A stretch of 64,000 bases of DNA from Pachysolen tannophilus NRRL Y-2460. Its lineage: Eukaryota. The notes beneath the pieces were generated by a model. The model was given only the letters and a program-made list of their open reading frames with translations. It made no database searches and had not been told where the DNA came from. Position numbers and translations under genes: made by a program. Below are positions 61,729-64,000 of the stretch, piece after piece. The stretch is taken from the NCBI GenBank assembly GCA_001661245.1, contig KV454013.1:1396502-1460501 (forward strand), read 5' to 3'. Each line of letters begins with the position of its first letter. Position 1 is the stretch's first letter.

Positions 61729-64000
61729 TCATAAGTTTTTGTTTAGTTGTCTATTTTCGAAGCACTCTTTTGCTGTTACGAATAAACTCTCTAGCTCACC
61801 GCTGTTTTCACATAAGCTGCGGAAAAGGGAATTTTCATCCAATAATAGGATATAAGGATCATCAAATTCTTTTAGCTCTCCTTCATCCAAGACCAAGATT
61901 TTGTCATAATCTATGATGGATTTCAATCTATGAGCTATAGTTAAGATTGTGCTATATTTGAATTCATTTCTGATGGTTGCTTGGATTTCTTCATCGGATT
62001 TATAGTCAATTGAAGCAGTTGCCTCGTCTAATAGGATAATCTTGGGTAATTTCAACAATGATCTTGCTAAACAAACCAATTGTCTTTGCCCTTGTGATAA
62101 ATTTGAACCATTCTCATTAACTGGACTATTCAAATCTAGAAATTGATTTTTATTTTCGGTCATATCATCTTCAACCATATCTAAGTCATCAATCAAGTTG
62201 ACACGTTTTAAAGATTCAAAAATACGCAGATCAGAGTATTGTTCAAAAGGATCAAGATTCGACCTTAATGTACCTTTAAACAATGAAGGGTCTTGAGGAA
62301 TAACAGTAATTGATCTTCTCAATTTTTGTAAACCAATCTTACTGATATCAATACCATCAATAATGATCTTGCTTCCTTCATCAAATTCTAAAAATCTAAG
62401 AAATGCTGAAATGATAGTTGATTTACCAGCACCTGTTCTACCAACAATCCCAATTTTTTCATTCGGCTTGACTTCAAAAGAAACGTGTTTGATAACAGGA
62501 GCCAACTTCTGACTATAACGTAATGACAAATTTGAAACCTTGATAGATCCTTTATCTGGCCAATTTTCATCAATAAGATTATCAATACTTGGAATGAAAT
62601 ATGGTCTCTCTTGTTTAATATTCATATATTCTTGTAATCTTTCAACAGAGTTCATCGACATTTCCACAGAAACATAAACTCTAATTAACCAAACGGCAAA
62701 AGTGTCAAAAGTCATCGCATATGTTAATGAAAGACCTGCAAGACCTGCATCTATATTGTTGACATTCAATATTAAAAAGGCACCAGCTAAAAATAAGATG
62801 AACGCTCCAATGTTATTAGTTCTAACAGCTAACCATCTATTCGCAATCCATAAATAATAGTAAGGCCTATTATTTTTATCAATCTTGGATAAATTCTCTT
62901 TAATGAATCTCAATTCATCTCCAAAGGCCCTAATGGTAGTGACACCAGTTAACGTTTCACTAAAATGTTGATAAATTGGAGATCTCGAAATCGAATCTAA
63001 CCTTTTCAATTCCCTTGATAATGTCAAGTAGAATTTTCCAACAATATAATAACCAGCAATTATGAAAAAAGTGAAGAAAATGAATTGTGGAGTTATAATG
63101 CAAATCAAAAGAATTGTGGTTATACAATGAATGAAATACATAAACATTGTTTCACCATATCTGACTAATTCTTGATCAACAGAAGCAATATCTTTTGAAA
63201 ATCTATTCATTATTCTTCCCTTTGGAGTAGTATCAAAAAATCTTAAAGGTGCTTTGAGCACTTTCGATAATACCTCCTTAAATATATTGTTTGAAGCTTT
63301 TATACCACACAAGAAGGATATATAGACTCTAATAGTAGAAATCAAAGAATACAAAACTCCAATGAAAAGGTAAATTGATACATAGTATAACGTACCATGG
63401 ACATTTTCCAAAGCATTCAATCCTATATTATTTATTACGGATTCAACTTTAAATGATTTTGTCTCGGAAGAAACATCATCATCATTAGTAGCTGTCCATT
63501 CTCTCAACCATAGCGATTGAAGAATATAAACATATTGGGTAAGAATGTAAATACTGATAATGAACAACCACACAAAAGGATTACCAAATTTCTTGGCATA
63601 ATTTCTGTAAACGGAGAAGGGTATTGATCCATTCAATTTTGTTTCTTCTTCAATTAATTTAGTTCCTTCGTTTTCATTATTTTCTCTTAGATCATGATCA
63701 TGACCATGACCAGGTCCATTTGCACGTCCACGGTCACGTTCATCACTATCATCACTTTCATTACTAACATCAATATTTCTTTCTATAAAATCCTCTGTTT
63801 TTGACTTTGGCTCAATCAAAGCTCTTCCTTTCCTACTTGCACTATCAACATCAAATCTGTTTAGGCTTCCTCTTTCCATTAATTCATCTACATATCCTTG
63901 ATCTTTAATTCTACCATTATCCATCACCACTACCCATCCGGCCTTTGGAGTAGTTAACGAAACGTTATGACTAACCAATATGCAAGTTCTGTTTTGCATC
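61729..64000 (-). CDS. ABCC/MRP-family ABC transporter (Ybt1/Vmr1/Bpt1-like), C-terminal part; 5' end outside the window
   Basis: RTCILVSHN (end of NBD1), FFDTTPKGRIMNRFSKD, VGRTGAGKST, NLSQGQRQLVCLARS, LDEATASID. Confidence 0.92.
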   Translation of the reverse strand, partial: MQNRTCILVSHNVSLTTPKAGWVVVMDNGRIKDQGYVDELMERGSLNRFDVDSASRKGRALIEPKSKTEDFIERNIDVSNESDDSDERDRGRANGPGHGHDHDLRENNENEGTKLIEEETKLNGSIPFSVYRNYAKKFGNPFVWLFIISIYILTQYVYILQSLWLREWTATNDDDVSSETKSFKVESVINNIGLNALENVHGTLYYVSIYLFIGVLYSLISTIRVYISFLCGIKASNNIFKEVLSKVLKAPLRFFDTTPKGRIMNRFSKDIASVDQELVRYGETMFMYFIHCITTILLICIITPQFIFFTFFIIAGYYIVGKFYLTLSRELKRLDSISRSPIYQHFSETLTGVTTIRAFGDELRFIKENLSKIDKNNRPYYYLWIANRWLAVRTNNIGAFILFLAGAFLILNVNNIDAGLAGLSLTYAMTFDTFAVWLIRVYVSVEMSMNSVERLQEYMNIKQERPYFIPSIDNLIDENWPDKGSIKVSNLSLRYSQKLAPVIKHVSFEVKPNEKIGIVGRTGAGKSTIISAFLRFLEFDEGSKIIIDGIDISKIGLQKLRRSITVIPQDPSLFKGTLRSNLDPFEQYSDLRIFESLKRVNLIDDLDMVEDDMTENKNQFLDLNSPVNENGSNLSQGQRQLVCLARSLLKLPKIILLDEATASIDYKSDEEIQATIRNEFKYSTILTIAHRLKSIIDYDKILVLDEGELKEFDDPYILLLDENSLFRSLCENSGELESLFVTAKECFENRQLNKNL

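Noticed and set aside
58418..64000. KEX2 plus ABC transporter as a pheromone-processing cluster with the MFA genes
   Set aside because: They are over 50 kb away. Kex2 processes alpha-factor, not a-factor, and the transporter is ABCC/MRP-type rather than Ste6 (ABCB).

Overview
AT-rich budding-yeast (Saccharomycotina) genomic scaffold with two N-gaps. CTG codons sit at positions where homologues have Ala, so the organism very likely uses the CUG=Ala code (Pachysolen/Nakazawaea-type, NCBI table 26), and the supplied ORF translations are wrong at every CTG. Genes in order: SEC63 (partial, absent from the ORF track), MEX67, two tiny divergent a-factor-type lipopeptide pheromone genes (39 aa, CVIA CAAX box, absent from the ORF track) sharing a promoter with Mcm1, HMG and Ste12-like sites, a GPI-anchored Ser/Thr adhesin, an orphan disordered protein, EXO5, CNE1, ORC4 with a long N-terminal extension, a degenerate PNGase A-like protein, a Zn2Cys6 factor, PMT2, kinesin-5, PRX1, SEF1, RAD51, YEL1-like Arf-GEF, a DUF3445 protein, CDC6, PUP3 (intron; C-terminal tail missing), CMC2 (intron, absent from the track), MTC1, FMP46-like (intron), NIT2, YTP1, KEX2 and a partial ABCC transporter. 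The main finding is the hidden head-to-head pheromone gene pair. Secondary findings are a candidate structured ncRNA and several unusual promoter motif clusters. Gene names come from recognising protein motifs by eye; no database searches were run.
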